Notes: a model not told the origin generated them from the letters alone. A stretch of DNA of 64,000 nucleotides from Vitrella brassicaformis CCMP3155 (GCA_001179505.1 CDMY01000359.1:37864-101863); one strand, 5' to 3'. Numbered from the stretch's first letter, positions 25,501 through 38,640 are shown. Numbers and translations: made by a program.

Positions 25501-26067
25501 CTCCTACCCTACCTGTGCGCATAAACGGTGTTCTCGTCAGGCACTCCGTCGGCAATACCGTACCCGGGATACTCCATCGCACACACCTGACGAGATACAC
25601 GCGTCATGTTCACACACACAGACAGCTATCCGCACCGCCATGTCGTTCGTTCGTCCACCGTGTGTGTCAACCGTTCCTGCTTAGCTGCTTACGTGGACTT
25701 GGAACTGTTCCTTGAGGAGGTTGCAGAAGTGGTAGCACCGGCCGACGTCCTCGGCGTTGCCGTGGAAGAACAAAATCACAAAACGCGCACTAGGGTACCG
25801 CAGGAACAGACACGGAATGCGATCACCGGTGGCACCCTCGCCAGACGACCCCTCCGAGGTGGCATCCCCACCACCACCACCGCCACCAGCCCCACCGCCA
25901 TGATCAGATGTGTTGGCCCGGTGGCTGACGACCGTGTCGCGTGTGTCGTGTGGCTTGGGTATGAAGATGAGCTGGTTGGGGAAGGAGCGGCTGGTGTAGG
26001 AGGGGGGCGGCTTGGGGAACACCAGGGTGTCGACATTGAAGGGCAGACGCAGCGGCAGAGAGGCCAT
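22577..26067 (-). CDS. Alpha/beta hydrolase, ABHD17/ABHD13-like, with long low-complexity C-terminal tail
   Basis: FHGNAED, EYPGYG, nucleophile GRSIG, HGQSD (Asp), MTHN (His) across GT-AG-bounded exons; acidic/Pro-rich tail in ORFs 23391-24500 and 22577-23119. Confidence 0.85.
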
Positions 26068-26684
26068 GGCCGGCGATGTCAGTCAAGGTCAAGGAATGAC
26101 GGAGAGAGGGCGAGGTCGGACGGACGGACGGACGAGCGGCCGGTCCGGCAGCGTGTGTGAGGCCGCCTGTTGACAGCTGAGAGGCCACTGCCGCTATGCA
26201 GTGGCCCTCATCAGCGGCAACACAGCCACAACCTAACGGCGGTGCGCAGAAGTGGCCTGCGTGGTTGTCTTGTCGTCCCAATCGCGTCGAAAGGTGGCTG
26301 CGGGGCTGTGTGCGGCGGCACCGCTGCCGATACAGAGAGGACGAATGGCTGACTGCGACGAGGGAGGAAGGGGCAAGCAGTCAAAAGCAGCGCCGCTGAA
26401 TCAATCACGGTTCAGTGGCAGCTACCAGAAGCTGCTGTCCTTCTCCAAGCGGCTCGAAGCAGGGGAGGGGTCCAGAAAGAGATGCGAGCTCACAGATTTG
26501 CGAGCTATTGTGAGGAGCACGCGTTGACACACCTCTTTCTCTTAATCGTGTGGAGGAGCTTTCCAAGCATGGGCGACCAACATCTGATTCAGAGTCGGCA
26601 AGCGAACGACAGTCTGGGGTTTTCGTGTAGGTGAATCGAATTCATCCATCTGCTTGTCTTCCCTAGCTTGCCTTTTGCTTCGTA

Positions 26685-29600
26685 ATGTCCGCTGCCGGCC
26701 GTCCCCGCGAGCGGCCTGGGCCAGACGACGATGTCATTTGCTTGGACATGACTGACGAGGAGGAGGAGAGCGAGAGCAGCGCACGACAGGAACATGCCCT
26801 TCCAGGCCGTCATGCCACACCCCCGCAGCAGCAGCAATTGCAGCAGCGCCGGGAGCAGCGAGAGGATGGAAGTGGGGATGGCACTGGTGGTGGCGGTGAA
26901 GATGACGGCTCTCCTAGTGCGCTCGAGGAGCAGCAGCTGCTGACGTCGAGGCTGCCAGGAGTGTCCCACAACGTGGAGGTGAGGGGCTGGGGAAGGGAGG
27001 AAAAGGTGGGTGGGTTGGTTGACACACGTGTGTCTGGCTGGGGCTTCAGGCTATTCGTGACGTGCGGCATCGCAATGGCCGATGGGAGTTCCTCGTCAAG
27101 TTCACGGTCAGTCAGCTACACGCGCACACACTCTCCCGCACTTTGTCACGGTCGGTATTACTGGTCCATTGGCTCTTGCAGGGTCTGCCCGAGAGCTCCA
27201 ACACGTGGACGCGTGAGACCTGCCTGACGGCTGCGTGCGATAGGTAAGCACCACACACACACTCGCGCACGCACACGAGGTATCCTTGGATCAATCAGGT
27301 ATTTGCTTGACGAGTGGAAGGCCCTGTTCTACGAGCGTGAGAAGGACCAGGAGAAGCGGCGGCACATCCCCCACCACGACCCCTCCTCCCCCGACCCCTC
27401 ACCCATCATCCGCAAGTCACGCAAGCGCCGCATCGTCCAGGACTCAGACACTGAGGATGAGGGGCAGATGCCTGTGGCAGCACCAGCAGCAGCAGCCGCT
27501 GCGGCTGGTGGTGGTGGTAGGGCTGGCCATCGAGGACGGTCATATGTGAGGGGCGGCGAGGACACGAGCGACGATGATCGCCCGATATTCGGACAGACGA
27601 GGGGGACGCCGCTGGCCACGGGCAAGAAGAGCAGCAGACCCAGGACGCGCACGTCGACGGCGGCCGCCAAGAAAAGGAGCGGGGCAGGCAAGTCGGCCCC
27701 CCCTCCCGCTCCCGCTGCCGCTGCGGCGGTGGCGGCTGCCCCCGTGCGTGGCCGAGATGGCGCCTCCCCTCCCCTCCTAATCCCCCTCCACAAGTTCATC
27801 CGCCCCCGCCCCGTTGTGCCAGAGAACCGTCTGCCCGGCCGCGCTGACAAAGGCAGAGACAAGAAGAAACGGCCTGCCAAACAACAGCAACAGCATCAGG
27901 AGGGCCAGCAGCAGGAAGAGGCCGACCGTGCGATGATGGACATAGTGGCCGCAGAGCGGAGGGATCGTTATCAGCAGAGGAAGCTGCGCAAGATGAGGGC
28001 GATGGGTGAGGGGGACGGTGCTGACGGTGAGGGTGGGGGTCGCCGCCAGCCACAGAGAAGGGCCAAGAGCAGCAGGGCCGGCATTTCATATGTCGACGAC
28101 TTCGACATCAGGAACCTCTTCGAAGGCAACGAGATGGGCGGCCGAGGGCCGCTACGGTCACCACCACCACCACCACCACTACCCTGTTCAGGTGACGATG
28201 CACCACCCCACCCCGTGCCGGCAGCAGTTGCAGAGATCGTCTATCCGCCCCCTCCCCCACCCCCGCCCCCATACCATGAGGATGACGACGACGAGCCCCC
28301 TCCTCGCCCTTTCGCTGGACCTCCCGGGTTCCATCCGCCGGTCAGTCAGGGAAAGGGGAGAGGGGAAAGCCTTGAGTGGTGCACTGATTCTCTGGTGCAT
28401 TCTGATTGATGGTGTGATTGTTTCGCCTCTTGCTTGCAGACTGGGGATAATGGAGCTGGGAGATACGGCCGTCCACGGAGGGGGGAGCTGAGAGCACTGC
28501 CTCACCTGTTTGGCGGCCATCGACTCCCGCCATGGCGAGGACAGCAGGCTGCGGCTGGGGCGCCCGCAGCAGCTGCTGCCGCTGAGCCGATGATGCCTCA
28601 GAGCGACCTTCGTGGGCGAGGGGACATGCAGATGATGCAGTTGGATGCTCGAGGAATGCGGCCGCTTGCGGACCACTTCGTCGACCCGCCGCCGGCCAAT
28701 CTGCCGCATCGGCACTCCCCAGTATCGCCACCCTCCCCATCGGCAGCAGCTGCTGCTGCACCTTCACCCCAATCACCGCCACAGCCTCTGTTGGAGCTAG
28801 CAGCAGTCGAGTCATCGGTGGCAGCTGCTGCCTCGCCTCCCCTCCAGCAGCACAGGGGAATGCGCGTCGACATGATGCCTCCCTCACTCCAGCCACCACC
28901 TCTGAGTCGGAGGGGACCAGCAGCAATCCATGCACCAGCGGCAGGTGTTGCTGCTGCCCCCCTGCTGCGCTCACCTAACACCCAGAGCCCCCCGAACTTC
29001 CCCTACCCACCGCCAGCAGCTGCTGCAGCTGCTGCTGCTGCAGCAGAAGGTGGCCGGCCGTCGCGTGGGGACGTAGCTGCGGGGAACGGTGTGGAGGAGT
29101 ATCTCTTTGGCGAGGGGGATCGCGTGAGGTCGCTGGAGAGGAATGGGGTCTTCCAGCACTACCGTCAGCACATCAGGGTGATGCCGGTCACCATTGAGGG
29201 GCAGCCGGCACATAGGAGGTGCATCTGCAGGGCAATACAGGTACCTGGGGGGGTGCTGACTTTGCACTGCACAGGGAGGGAGGGAGGGAGGGAAAGATGA
29301 TAGGCTACGATTGTTGTTTGTCCGTCGGCCTTTTGCGTGTGCAGGGTTGCGACGCCAATGAACCCAAGGTGACGCAGAAGGCGTGCTCGCGGGCCCTCAG
29401 AGAGATCGACATGAAGGTGAGAGAGAGAGCGAGAGAGAGCACAGCAATCGCATCGCTCACCCTGTGTGTCGGTGCTGCCTTCCTTCCAATTTGCTCGTCT
29501 CGTCCCGCGTCCCCCCCGTGCACTGCAGGTGGCCTGCAAATTCTGCGGGCAGGAGTGTGACGCCGACTGCTACTTCTGCTGGATAGCCATGTGCCCGAAG

Positions 29601-31632
29601 CTCAAGCAGTGGATCAAAGAGGGGCAGGACAGCTTCGTCTGTGTGTCCTGCCGCGTCATGATGGCTGTGAGTGAGCAGGGAGGCGGGCGGGGGTGGGGGA
29701 GGCAGCAGGGAATAATGAGTGGGAACACACACACACACACACACACGCGCTCATGGATACCTCTGTGTGTGTGTGTGTGTGATTGTGATGTTCAGGATGT
29801 GTTCAACATGCCTGAGGGGATCTTGGCTGTCAAGGTCTATCGCAATCTGGCCGAGGGCACCAAGGACCACATCGACGACCACATCAACTTCACCCTGCCA
29901 CCAGGTAGGTACCACACACACCCACACGCACCCACGGGCAGTGCATATCACAAAGCAAGCGTCCCTGTGTGAGTGTCTGTCTGCAGACATGGCCGGCCGT
30001 GCCCTTCGTCTGTATGGCTTCACCTTCTTCGACCCCCCGCCAAGGGACAAGACCTACGGAGTGGTTAACTTCCAGCCGCACGTCAAGTGGCCGGCCAACG
30101 GCGTCAAGCTCTCGGTAGCACAACACACACATCATCCACTCAATACACCACACCACATCCATACATCACCCCTCGGTGTGTGTGTGTGTGTGTGCCCGTC
30201 AGGTCGGCAGGAGCGGTGATGTTCCGCTCAGGGGCCCCTGGTCGTGCGTGATACCCAAGCCGGACAGCAACAGCAACACCGCGGCGCAGTACGGCCCCCG
30301 GAGGCCTGACAAGCCCATCCGTGTGGGGGGAGTCGACCTGCGGGCTGGCGGCAAGTACTGCCTCCGTGTTGAGGACCACATAGAGCGGGTCAGTCAGTGT
30401 TTCCACATCACCATCACACACACAGACGCCATTCATTGCGCCCCTGCATTCGTTCGTGTGTTTGCCTATGTGTGTGTGTGTGTGTGTGTGTGTCAGGACG
30501 GTCCGAATGCGCTCATCCGGACCCCCTTCATGGTGGTGGTGGCCGTCACGCGACCAGGCACAGCGGCGAGCATCGTCGACATGATCACACGTCACTCCCA
30601 TATTGGCAGAAACACGTGCAGACAGAAGGTAGGTGAGGAGGGCGAGGAGACACAGACAAGCGTGAAGGTCCATATATGTGTGTGTGGTATGTGGCCGTCT
30701 TGTTTGTGCAGTTGTTGTCGATGCTGCGGACGGCTGATGCGGCGGCCCACCAGGTGGACGATGACATCGAGGTGGCTGGAGAGGCACAGACGCTGAGCCG
30801 GCGGGACCCCGTCACCATGGATGACATCAAGGTCCCCGTCAGGGGGCGGGACTGCAAGTCAGTGAGCATACCATATCATCCATCCATCCATCTATGCATC
30901 CGTCTTTCACTCACTGTGTGTGGTCACTGTGTGTCATCCATTTAGGCACCTCGAGTGCATCGATTTGCAGCCGTTCGTCGACATGGCCAAGAATAACGAC
31001 AGCAGGTGGATTAATGACGCCACACACAGCAGACACAGCAGACCAGGAGGATCCAGAATGTCATCCCTCCTGCCGCATGTGTGTCTGATGTATGGGTGCG
31101 CGTGTGTGTGTTTCAGCGGCTTCAAGGGTCGCTGGAAGTGCCCCCAGCAGGGCTGCAATGCGTCCCTCTACCCCTGGGACATCTACATCGACGACTTCGT
31201 CAGCCACCTCCTAAACCACAAACACAGAAAGGCGGACGAGGCAACAAACAAAGATACCCACACCCACACCTTACCCCTCTCAGCAGTCAGTTTTTTGTCA
31301 TGTGTGTGCTGTCTGTCCAGGTGGTCTTCCGGCTCGTCTTCCGGCTCGTGGACAACGAGCTCGTCATCACGCCTTCAGGCCAAGGCGACGCACGGCCATC
31401 TGCCCCTCTACCACCACCACCACCAGCTGCAGCTGCCGCCTTCCCGCCACCGCCTCTATCGCAGATGCCCCAATCATCGATGATGGCCGCTGCAGACCCC
31501 TACCCACCAGCACCAGCGCCACCACCAGCAGCGGCTGCAGCAGCGGGAGGCGTGTCGAGACGTCAGAGCATGGGACAGCAGGAGGGTCTCGGGGATGATG
31601 AGGTCATCTGTGTGGATCTCGACGACGACTGA
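26685..31632 (+). CDS. Chromodomain + PHD-like Cys-rich region + SP-RING (zf-MIZ) protein; PIAS/SIZ-like SUMO E3 ligase
   Basis: Spliced chromo HNVEAIRDVRHRNGRWEFLVKFTGLPESSNTWTRETCL; Cys-rich RRCICR..CKFCGQECDADC..FVCVSC; SP-RING RDPVTMDDIKVPVRGRDCK/HLECIDL..WKCPQQGC; SIM-like VICLD and VICVD at the two termini. Confidence 0.8.
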
Positions 31633-32429
31633 CTCAGAGAAGAAGGGATGGGGGCGAGGGGGGTGATGGTCAGAGGATGCAGCAATGTGAATGGGCAGCA
31701 TGGCCACATGACCCTTTTTGCACCGTGTGATGTGTGCTGTTGGGTGGCCGGGATGTGCACTCGTGAATGAGCGGATGGATGTGTGTAAGCCTTTCGCTCG
31801 CTAGATGACCCTTCTTGCTTGGTCGCCCCTTGGCTGGCCCAATGTGCTGTCTGTCTGTCTGTCTGCCTCTCTGCCTGGATTTGATACACACTCGCTGTGA
31901 AGAGTATGACTTGACGGATGGATGCACTGAGTCATACATAGATTTATCACCTGACTGACGCCACAAATCACTCCCCTCATGCAGCAACCATGGAAAGGAA
32001 ATCTGCTATGATCCCGCTGCTCATTGCACACTCAGCAACCAGAAGTACAAACCATGCCCACAGACGAACGTACAGACGAGCACATCAAGCATCGCGATCA
32101 CACAAGAGAGGATGGCGAGTGAAAAACGGTCAGAGCAAAAGAGGCGTCAGCACCGTAAAAAAGCAGCCCCGTTTGCCCTCTCTCCCTCCCTCCCTCCCTC
32201 CCTCCCTCTCTCCGCCCTTCACCCCCTCCCTCCTAGAAAAGAGACAGATCTTTCTGTGTGTGTGTCTCGTAGGCCCGTCTGCCTGTCTCCTTGTCTCCCT
32301 CCATTTCGCATGTAGATTGTCCACACAGCACACATGGCCTGAGCAAAAGAGAAGGCCACACTTCATAATCCCTTCTCAGCGACCCCCCTTCTCACTCCTT
32401 CGTACTTTGTTCCCGTGTCACGACTCCTT

Positions 32430-33490
32430 AAGACCCGTCAATGTAGCCGCCCCCACCACAGCAAGGGAACAGCCTTCGGCACATGTCCCCATACCACGTC
32501 CTGGGGATGTCGAATGGGCTGACTTCACGCGCCGGCAAGCGCATGACGGCCGCCCGTAAGTCCCGCTCGAAGTGGCCGCAACTGCGAGAAGAAGAGAAAT
32601 CCATACAGAGAGAGAGATGAGCATGTGCCATGTGTTCGCCTGCTTACTTGTCGTGAAACATGTGGAATTTGATGTCAATGTGGGCCAAAAGGGCGTCTTT
32701 TAGGCGCCCCGCCGCTCCGCGTGGGCAGAGGCGCTGGAAGAACTTGTGTTCTTCCAGCGGCGGGAGGCCTCCCAGAGGGCTGGCACCCCAGGAATATACC
32801 CGATAGCCATCAGGCAACCCCTGATGAGAGCAAACCAGCAATGGAACACACTTCTGTCTTCTCACTCTCAAGCTTCTCCTGATACCCATCTGGTCTTGTC
32901 GACGAAAAGAACTCGCCGCCTACACAGCACATATAGGAGAGATAAAATGCATCGAGAGTGATGGCTGATTGGTATTCTACCTCCATCGGCCGCAAACATA
33001 CCTTTGTCCATATTCGCAAAGTAGCAGCCGATGTGCTCCCCCTGGATCGTGCTGCCCAGCACAATCGTCCCAAAAAGGAGTCGGTCGTCCTTCTCCCAGA
33101 GATAGTTGATGTGTTCCACAAACGAATTCAACTCTGAATCAATACACACACATGGGGGCAGACAAGAGCACGGAGCGAGGGCGTCTATTCCTCCTCACCA
33201 ATGCGCACCTCCCCTTCCTCGCAGGATGGGTCCCCCGGCACGACCTTGAGCGGCGGGGCGAGGTGCTTCTGAGGCCTCTGGCCTCCCGCAGTTGGCTGCG
33301 GAGCCACCGGTTGCTGCGATGGCTGCAGTGGGGGAACTCGATGCAGCCCTCCTGTGTTGGCCGAAAAAAGGGGAAGGCCACGCTGAGGCACAGTAGGGGG
33401 CGGCTGCAGCGGCACATACCGCTGGAAGAGCTGAGGGGGACACGGGGGAGGGTGCACGCCTACAAACACCAACACAAACACCAAAGACAT
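32430..33490 (-). CDS. Hypothetical multi-exon gene
   Basis: Coding-like exons bounded by donor motifs (Pro/Gln-rich 33185-33493; ELNSFVEHINYLWEKDD..; GLPDGYRVYSWG..DIKFHMFHD); no family recognised. Confidence 0.35.
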
Positions 33491-34086
33491 CAATTGTCAA
33501 GCGACGGGATGCCTTCCTTCGTGTGCCCCTCACCGCCGGTGGCTGGCGAGGCCGTCGGGATGGCTGAATGAGCTTGATACATGCTCGTGTGTAGCTGCAC
33601 AAAGCGTTGGGGTGGTTTCCGAAGAGAAGGTGGCCCCAATTTGGAAGTCTCGACGGGGACAAGTGGATCGGCAATCGGGCGGGCATCCGAGTCGCTGAGA
33701 GGTCATCGGCTGCCGTGTAGCCCTCTTCGTCGCATAATCAATCTGAGATGCTGATGGCCATTGACTGTGGTCCTCGGCGCACCTGATGCAACAACCATCG
33801 ATCGCATCGACATCAGCTGAGGGTCGGTTCGGAGGGAGTGTGATGCTGCATGGCTGTACTGTATGTTCACTCTCGCGCTGTGCTGCTGTGTGCCTGCAGA
33901 ATCACTCATCACGGCGCGTCACGACTGGTGTGGCGGCTGCTGGTATGTAGCGCATCTGGCCTATAGAGAGTCCAATAGCGTCGGCTGAGGTGAGCACACC
34001 CCGTACTCTCATTTCGCCGCCTGATGGCCGTTCATTTCTGTCTGTGTCCTTGCTTGCTTCATTCATTCATTCAGATCGCGTCAGTC

Positions 34087-34576
34087 ATGGCTGTGGCTCC
34101 TCGACCCTTCCTTCTCGGCCCTGGAGATGTCCCCTTCCTGCGCACCCTCATCGTCCGCAAGGCCGTCCGCATGGCCACGACCAACCCAGGCAGCGCCGAG
34201 CGGGCCGCACTCCACTCACAGATCAACAACCACACTCGGCAGCAGGAGCTGCTGCTCCACACCCTCGACAGCGCCATCAGCATGCTGCGCAACGACGTCA
34301 AGGAGTACGTCGACGAGGCCCTGCGTCGTCTCGGGATCGCCGACGCCATTGACTTCGAATTCGACGTCGATGGTCTGGAGGGCGGCCTCAGGCTCATCTA
34401 CCTGCTGCACCAGGGCGCTGCCGAGTGGCCAGCGATCGGGTGTCTCGTTCGACTGGCGTTCAACCATCGGCTCACCCCCCGCACGACTCGACCACTGCGT
34501 GTGCCGGCCGAGTCGGTGCCGCACGCAGCGGCCTTCCACCAGCTGCCCCTCAGCATGGCCATCTACCGCCTCATTG
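34087..34576 (+). pseudogene. 5' half of a lineage-specific family gene truncated by an LTR
   Basis: MAVAPRPF..AFHQLPLSMAIYRLI ends exactly at the TGTCAG LTR boundary (34577); terminal VSA* is LTR-encoded. Confidence 0.65.
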
Positions 34577-34718
34577 TGTCAGCGTGAGCGTGGCACACAG
34601 ATGTCGATATATCCTTGACCCGAAAGGATATGAATGCGCATCACAACCAAGTCCCGCATATAAGCTCGCAGACACGATCACGCATCATGAATGGGGCCTG
34701 GCTGATGGCTGTCTGACA
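34577..34718 (-). repeat. 3' LTR (142 bp, TGTCAG..CTGACA)
   Basis: 6-bp terminal inverted repeat; direct repeat of 40313-40456. Confidence 0.85.
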
Positions 34719-34731
34719 CCCCCTCTCGCTC
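34719..34731 (-). promoter_or_regulatory. Polypurine tract
   Basis: Minus strand GAGCGAGAGGGGG abuts the 3' LTR start. Confidence 0.8.
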
Positions 34732-35201
34732 GAAGAGCGTCCCACACAGCAGTCAGCAGACAGGCCTCTAGACAGATGTGAAGCTCTGCTCCACTTAAAA
34801 CGATGGACACTTCGATGTATGTTATCAACAGAGATAGTGGACGCCACACACTGTGTCTGTGCGGGCATCATTGCTATGTACACTACTCATTACTCACTCC
34901 CAATGCACGCACTCTAGCTCCGTACCACATGCGTCACACACGTGTGTGTCTGCGGATGTGGGTGTCGGTGGCATGGCACGGATGGCATGGCATGAATGGA
35001 TGTGTGTGTGTGGTGGGCTGGGTGAATGGACGCATGAATGGGTGGGCTGATGGGGCGGGGTGAGTGGGTGGGATGGTGATGTGGACGAGGAAGAGGATGA
35101 AGAGTGTGTGAGGCAGTCATGTGAGTGTGTGTCCGTCAAAACCGCTGCCTGACTCACATACCGCCTGACATTCTCCTGTCTGCCCGCCTTCTCTTTGTCT
35201 G

Positions 35202-37232
35202 CTATCTCCTTTGTGATCGCCTTGCCCACCGTCTCGTGCAGCTCCTCCTTGTGCTGGCTAGCTGAGCGCGCTTGTAGACGGCATCTCCTTCTCCTGGCGG
35301 AATGCTGTGCTCGGCGAGGTACTGGGCGTGACGGGACGGGTGCTTGTGGTAGTTGCTCTTCCACTTGGCCACCTTCTGGCCCGCCGTTAGCGCGTTCGTC
35401 TGTTGCCGTTCCACCCATGTGCCCTCCTCTGGCTCATAGACCTTGGGCGGTCGCCTCTCGCGGCCGCTCCGTCGTGGCTCCTCATCCTCCTGCTCATCAT
35501 CAGCCGCAAATTCGTCGGGGACGCCCATCTGCGGAGGCTGCGGTAGCTGCTGCTGCTGCTGGTGGTGGTCATCACCACCGTCTCCCAGCTCCCCCTCTGC
35601 CCCCTCTTGCTCGTCAGCTGGTGGCTCCTCGGCTGGCGCCGCAGCAGGGGGGACGGGCTCTTGTGCTGGTGGTGGCGGTGGTGGGTGTGGTGCGATGATG
35701 GGTGGGAAGTCCTCAGGGACCGCTGGTGGGGCGCCTGTGCCGACCTCCACCCCCCTCTCAGCCCACGTGCTGAAGAAGGGCTCCCTCCCCTCCTTCTGGT
35801 CCAGCCAGGGGAAGCGCCGCTCATTGCAGGTGAAGCTCCTCCCCGACACCACCTTGCCCGTCGAGTGCAGCAGCACCCGCACCGAATCACGCACGCCGCT
35901 CTCGTCCGGCCCCAGGTAGTATCCATACCGCCCCTTGGGCTCCATGACGCCCTGCTTGGCCAGCCGGATGGACGTGTGGCAGCCAAACGCCCGCAGGGTG
36001 CTCATGTTAGGCTTCTTGCCATGGTAGGCCTCGTATGGGGTCATGCTGCGTCCGTCAGCGGGGTGAGTGAGGGGTTTGGAGGGCGTGCGGTTCGTCAACC
36101 ACACGGCGTGGCCGACTGCGTGCGGCCACAGCTTGTCGGGCATGCCGGACATCGACACCAGCTTCTTGACCTTGGCCTTGACGATGCCGACCTTGCGCTC
36201 GACCGGGCCGTTCTGGTGCTGCTCGTGGCTCGCCGAGAAGCGCTGCCTGATGCCCAGCTCTCGGCACTTGCGAGCGAGCATCCCGCCCGCCAGCTCACCC
36301 CCGCCCAGCTCTCCTGCTTGGTCGCTCCTCAGCTCCTTCGGCTTGTTGCCCATCACCTGGATGACCCGCTCGAGTGCCTGGCCCGCCTCGGCCTTGTTCC
36401 TCATGAGAGAGACGCACGAGAACCCCGACGCGTCGTCCCGCACGATCAAATAGCCCTTGTGGCCACGCTGCGACTCCTTCATGGGCTCGAAGTCGGCGTA
36501 CCAGACGTCGTTTGATTTGGCCGACTTGGTGCGGTCGATGCCTCTGCGCTTGCGGGGGAGGTCACCGTCGACGCAGGGCTGGCAGTAGTTCTCTTTGGGG
36601 TAGCTGCTGGGCTGCTGGAAGCCGATGGTCGACCGCGCCATCTCCTTCATGGCCTCGTCAGACACGTGCAGCCGGTTGTGCACCACCTGGTAGGTCACCT
36701 CGGTCGACTTGAGAGGCGCCGCCACTCCTCGCTCAACACGACAACTGTCACCACACGCAGAGACAGCATGAGTCTTCGCCTCACTCATCTGCTCTGTTTT
36801 GGGAGGGGGGACACTTCCCTGGTGAGTAGAAGCTCCCGCAAGGGGCCCGGCTTTACCTCCGCCACCTGGCGACGGTCCGGCCCTCCTCTCCGACCCTTGT
36901 CGGTCGTTCCTTGAGGCGTTCGAAGCAGCCCCGGGTGCCACACACCCCCTCTTAAGGCCAGCATCATCGCCAGCCCCCTCTCGACTCGCCGACCCTGACG
37001 GCGATGTCGTGGTCGTCTCGCACACGTGCTGCGTGGGCTGCTCGGTCTCGCGGAGGTACGCCTTGATGCCCTTGTCGACCAGCTGGATCATGTGGCCGCT
37101 GTTGCAGTCCTCGATGAAGGACTGGTCCTTCTTGTGGGTGTCGTGGACGAAGCGCTTGCCCTCCTTGCCGAGCCGTCCTGAGCTGATGATGTTGTGTTGG
37201 ATGGACCGACACAGCAGGACACCACGCAGCAC
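35202..37232 (-). CDS. Copia integrase (pre-integrase HHCC + rve core) and linker
   Basis: VHNRLH..CQPC; WYADF, RSDQAGE, NGPVER (D,D,E); TPYEAYHGKKP, RAFGC; RRSGRERRPPKVY linker. Confidence 0.9.
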   Translation of the reverse strand: MLRGVLLCRSIQHNIISSGRLGKEGKRFVHDTHKKDQSFIEDCNSGHMIQLVDKGIKAYLRETEQPTQHVCETTTTSPSGSASREGAGDDAGLKRGCVAPGAASNASRNDRQGSERRAGPSPGGGGKAGPLAGASTHQGSVPPPKTEQMSEAKTHAVSACGDSCRVERGVAAPLKSTEVTYQVVHNRLHVSDEAMKEMARSTIGFQQPSSYPKENYCQPCVDGDLPRKRRGIDRTKSAKSNDVWYADFEPMKESQRGHKGYLIVRDDASGFSCVSLMRNKAEAGQALERVIQVMGNKPKELRSDQAGELGGGELAGGMLARKCRELGIRQRFSASHEQHQNGPVERKVGIVKAKVKKLVSMSGMPDKLWPHAVGHAVWLTNRTPSKPLTHPADGRSMTPYEAYHGKKPNMSTLRAFGCHTSIRLAKQGVMEPKGRYGYYLGPDESGVRDSVRVLLHSTGKVVSGRSFTCNERRFPWLDQKEGREPFFSTWAERGVEVGTGAPPAVPEDFPPIIAPHPPPPPPAQEPVPPAAAPAEEPPADEQEGAEGELGDGGDDHHQQQQQLPQPPQMGVPDEFAADDEQEDEEPRRSGRERRPPKVYEPEEGTWVERQQTNALTAGQKVAKWKSNYHKHPSRHAQYLAEHSIPPGEGDAVYKRAQLASTRRSCTRRWARRSQRR

Positions 37233-38340
37233 CAGGGCTCCGCCGCTGGTCTGCAGGGTGTGTGCCGATGCCGTCGGCGTTGACCACTGTGCCGTCCGCC
37301 GTCTCGATGCAGTTGTCGCACTGCTTGAGGTCGGGCAGCTTGCTCTCGTCCCACGTGATGTGCTTGTCGCTGCCAGAGTCGACCATGAAGTCGTCCTCCT
37401 TCTCCTTGCTCAACACTGACGAGCACCTATTGACCGACAACAACTGACAGACAGGCGTGGGCTCTTGCTCGCCAGCCTCTGTCTGTCTGCCCTTCGCCAC
37501 CTGCCCGCCATTCTGACCTGAATGCGGGCCGGGGCGAGCATCAGATGCTACTTTGTTGGGGGCCCCGGACCCCATGCTTTGTTGTACGGGGCTTGTCGCT
37601 TGCACACCACTCGACCCGCCAGGCGACAGCACTGGCTCGTCCACTGCCCTGACCACCGCCACGGTGTAGTGGGCGTCCTCATCGCCCTCGTCCTGCACGG
37701 CGTTGACTGTCGCTGCCCTGAGCCTGTTGGCGAACCGCTGGAAGCCGAAGGGCTCCTTGCCGTAGGGCGACTGGCTCCAGTCGACGCGGTTGTCGCGGAT
37801 GTCTCGCTTGAGCTTCTTGCACGCGAACCACTTGTCCTTGTGCTTGCCACAGTACCAGCAGCCATCGGGTCCCTGGGCTGGTGCGGCTCCCTCCTTGCGG
37901 AACCGACTTGGACCACCCTGGGCACCCCCTCTCGCCTGCCCCTGCCCCCTCTCGCCTCGGGGGGACACTGACGGGGGCTTATGGCGAAGTGCCGCCACCG
38001 TGCTGCTGTCTGCCGCACTCTCCGCCGCCTTGGCGTTGTCGCTTGCGCTCAGGAGACGCTGCTTGAAGACGTCCCAGCCGGCCGTGCTCGTCTCACTCGC
38101 GATGATCTCCAGGAACACCCTGTACTCGGGCAGGCCGTGCAGGAGACGCTTGAACTTGTTGACTTTCATGACCTCTCCGATGGCCTGACCCGCCGCCTCG
38201 CACTTCCTGACAGCGCCCTCGTAGCGTGCCAGCTCCTTGGCCACGTCGCCTGACGCCAGCTTGAAGTCCTCGTACGCGTCGATGTCCTTTGCCTTTTGCT
38301 GCTCGCGCCGTGGGTCGTAGTAGTTGACCAGCTGCAGCCA

Positions 38341-38640
38341 NNNNNNNNNNNNNNNNNNNNNNNNNNNNNNNNNNNNNNNNNNNNNNNNNNNNNNNNNNNN
38401 NNNNNNNNNNNNNNNNNNNNNNNNNNNNNNNNNNNNNNNNNNNNNNNNNNNNNNNNNNNNNNNNNNNNNNNNNNNNNNNNNNNNNNNNNNNNNNNNNNNN
38501 NNNNNNNNNNNNNNNNNNNNNNNNNNNNNNNNNNNNNNNNNNNNNNNNNNNNNNNNNNNNNNNNNNNNNNNNNNNNNNNNNNNNNNNNNNNNNNNNNNNN
38601 NNNNNNNNNNNNNNNNNNNNNNNNNNNNNNNNNNNNNNNN
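38341..38640. other. Assembly gap (300 N) between ~1.22-kb near-identical flanks
   Basis: 37122-38340 matches 38641-39861. Confidence 1.
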
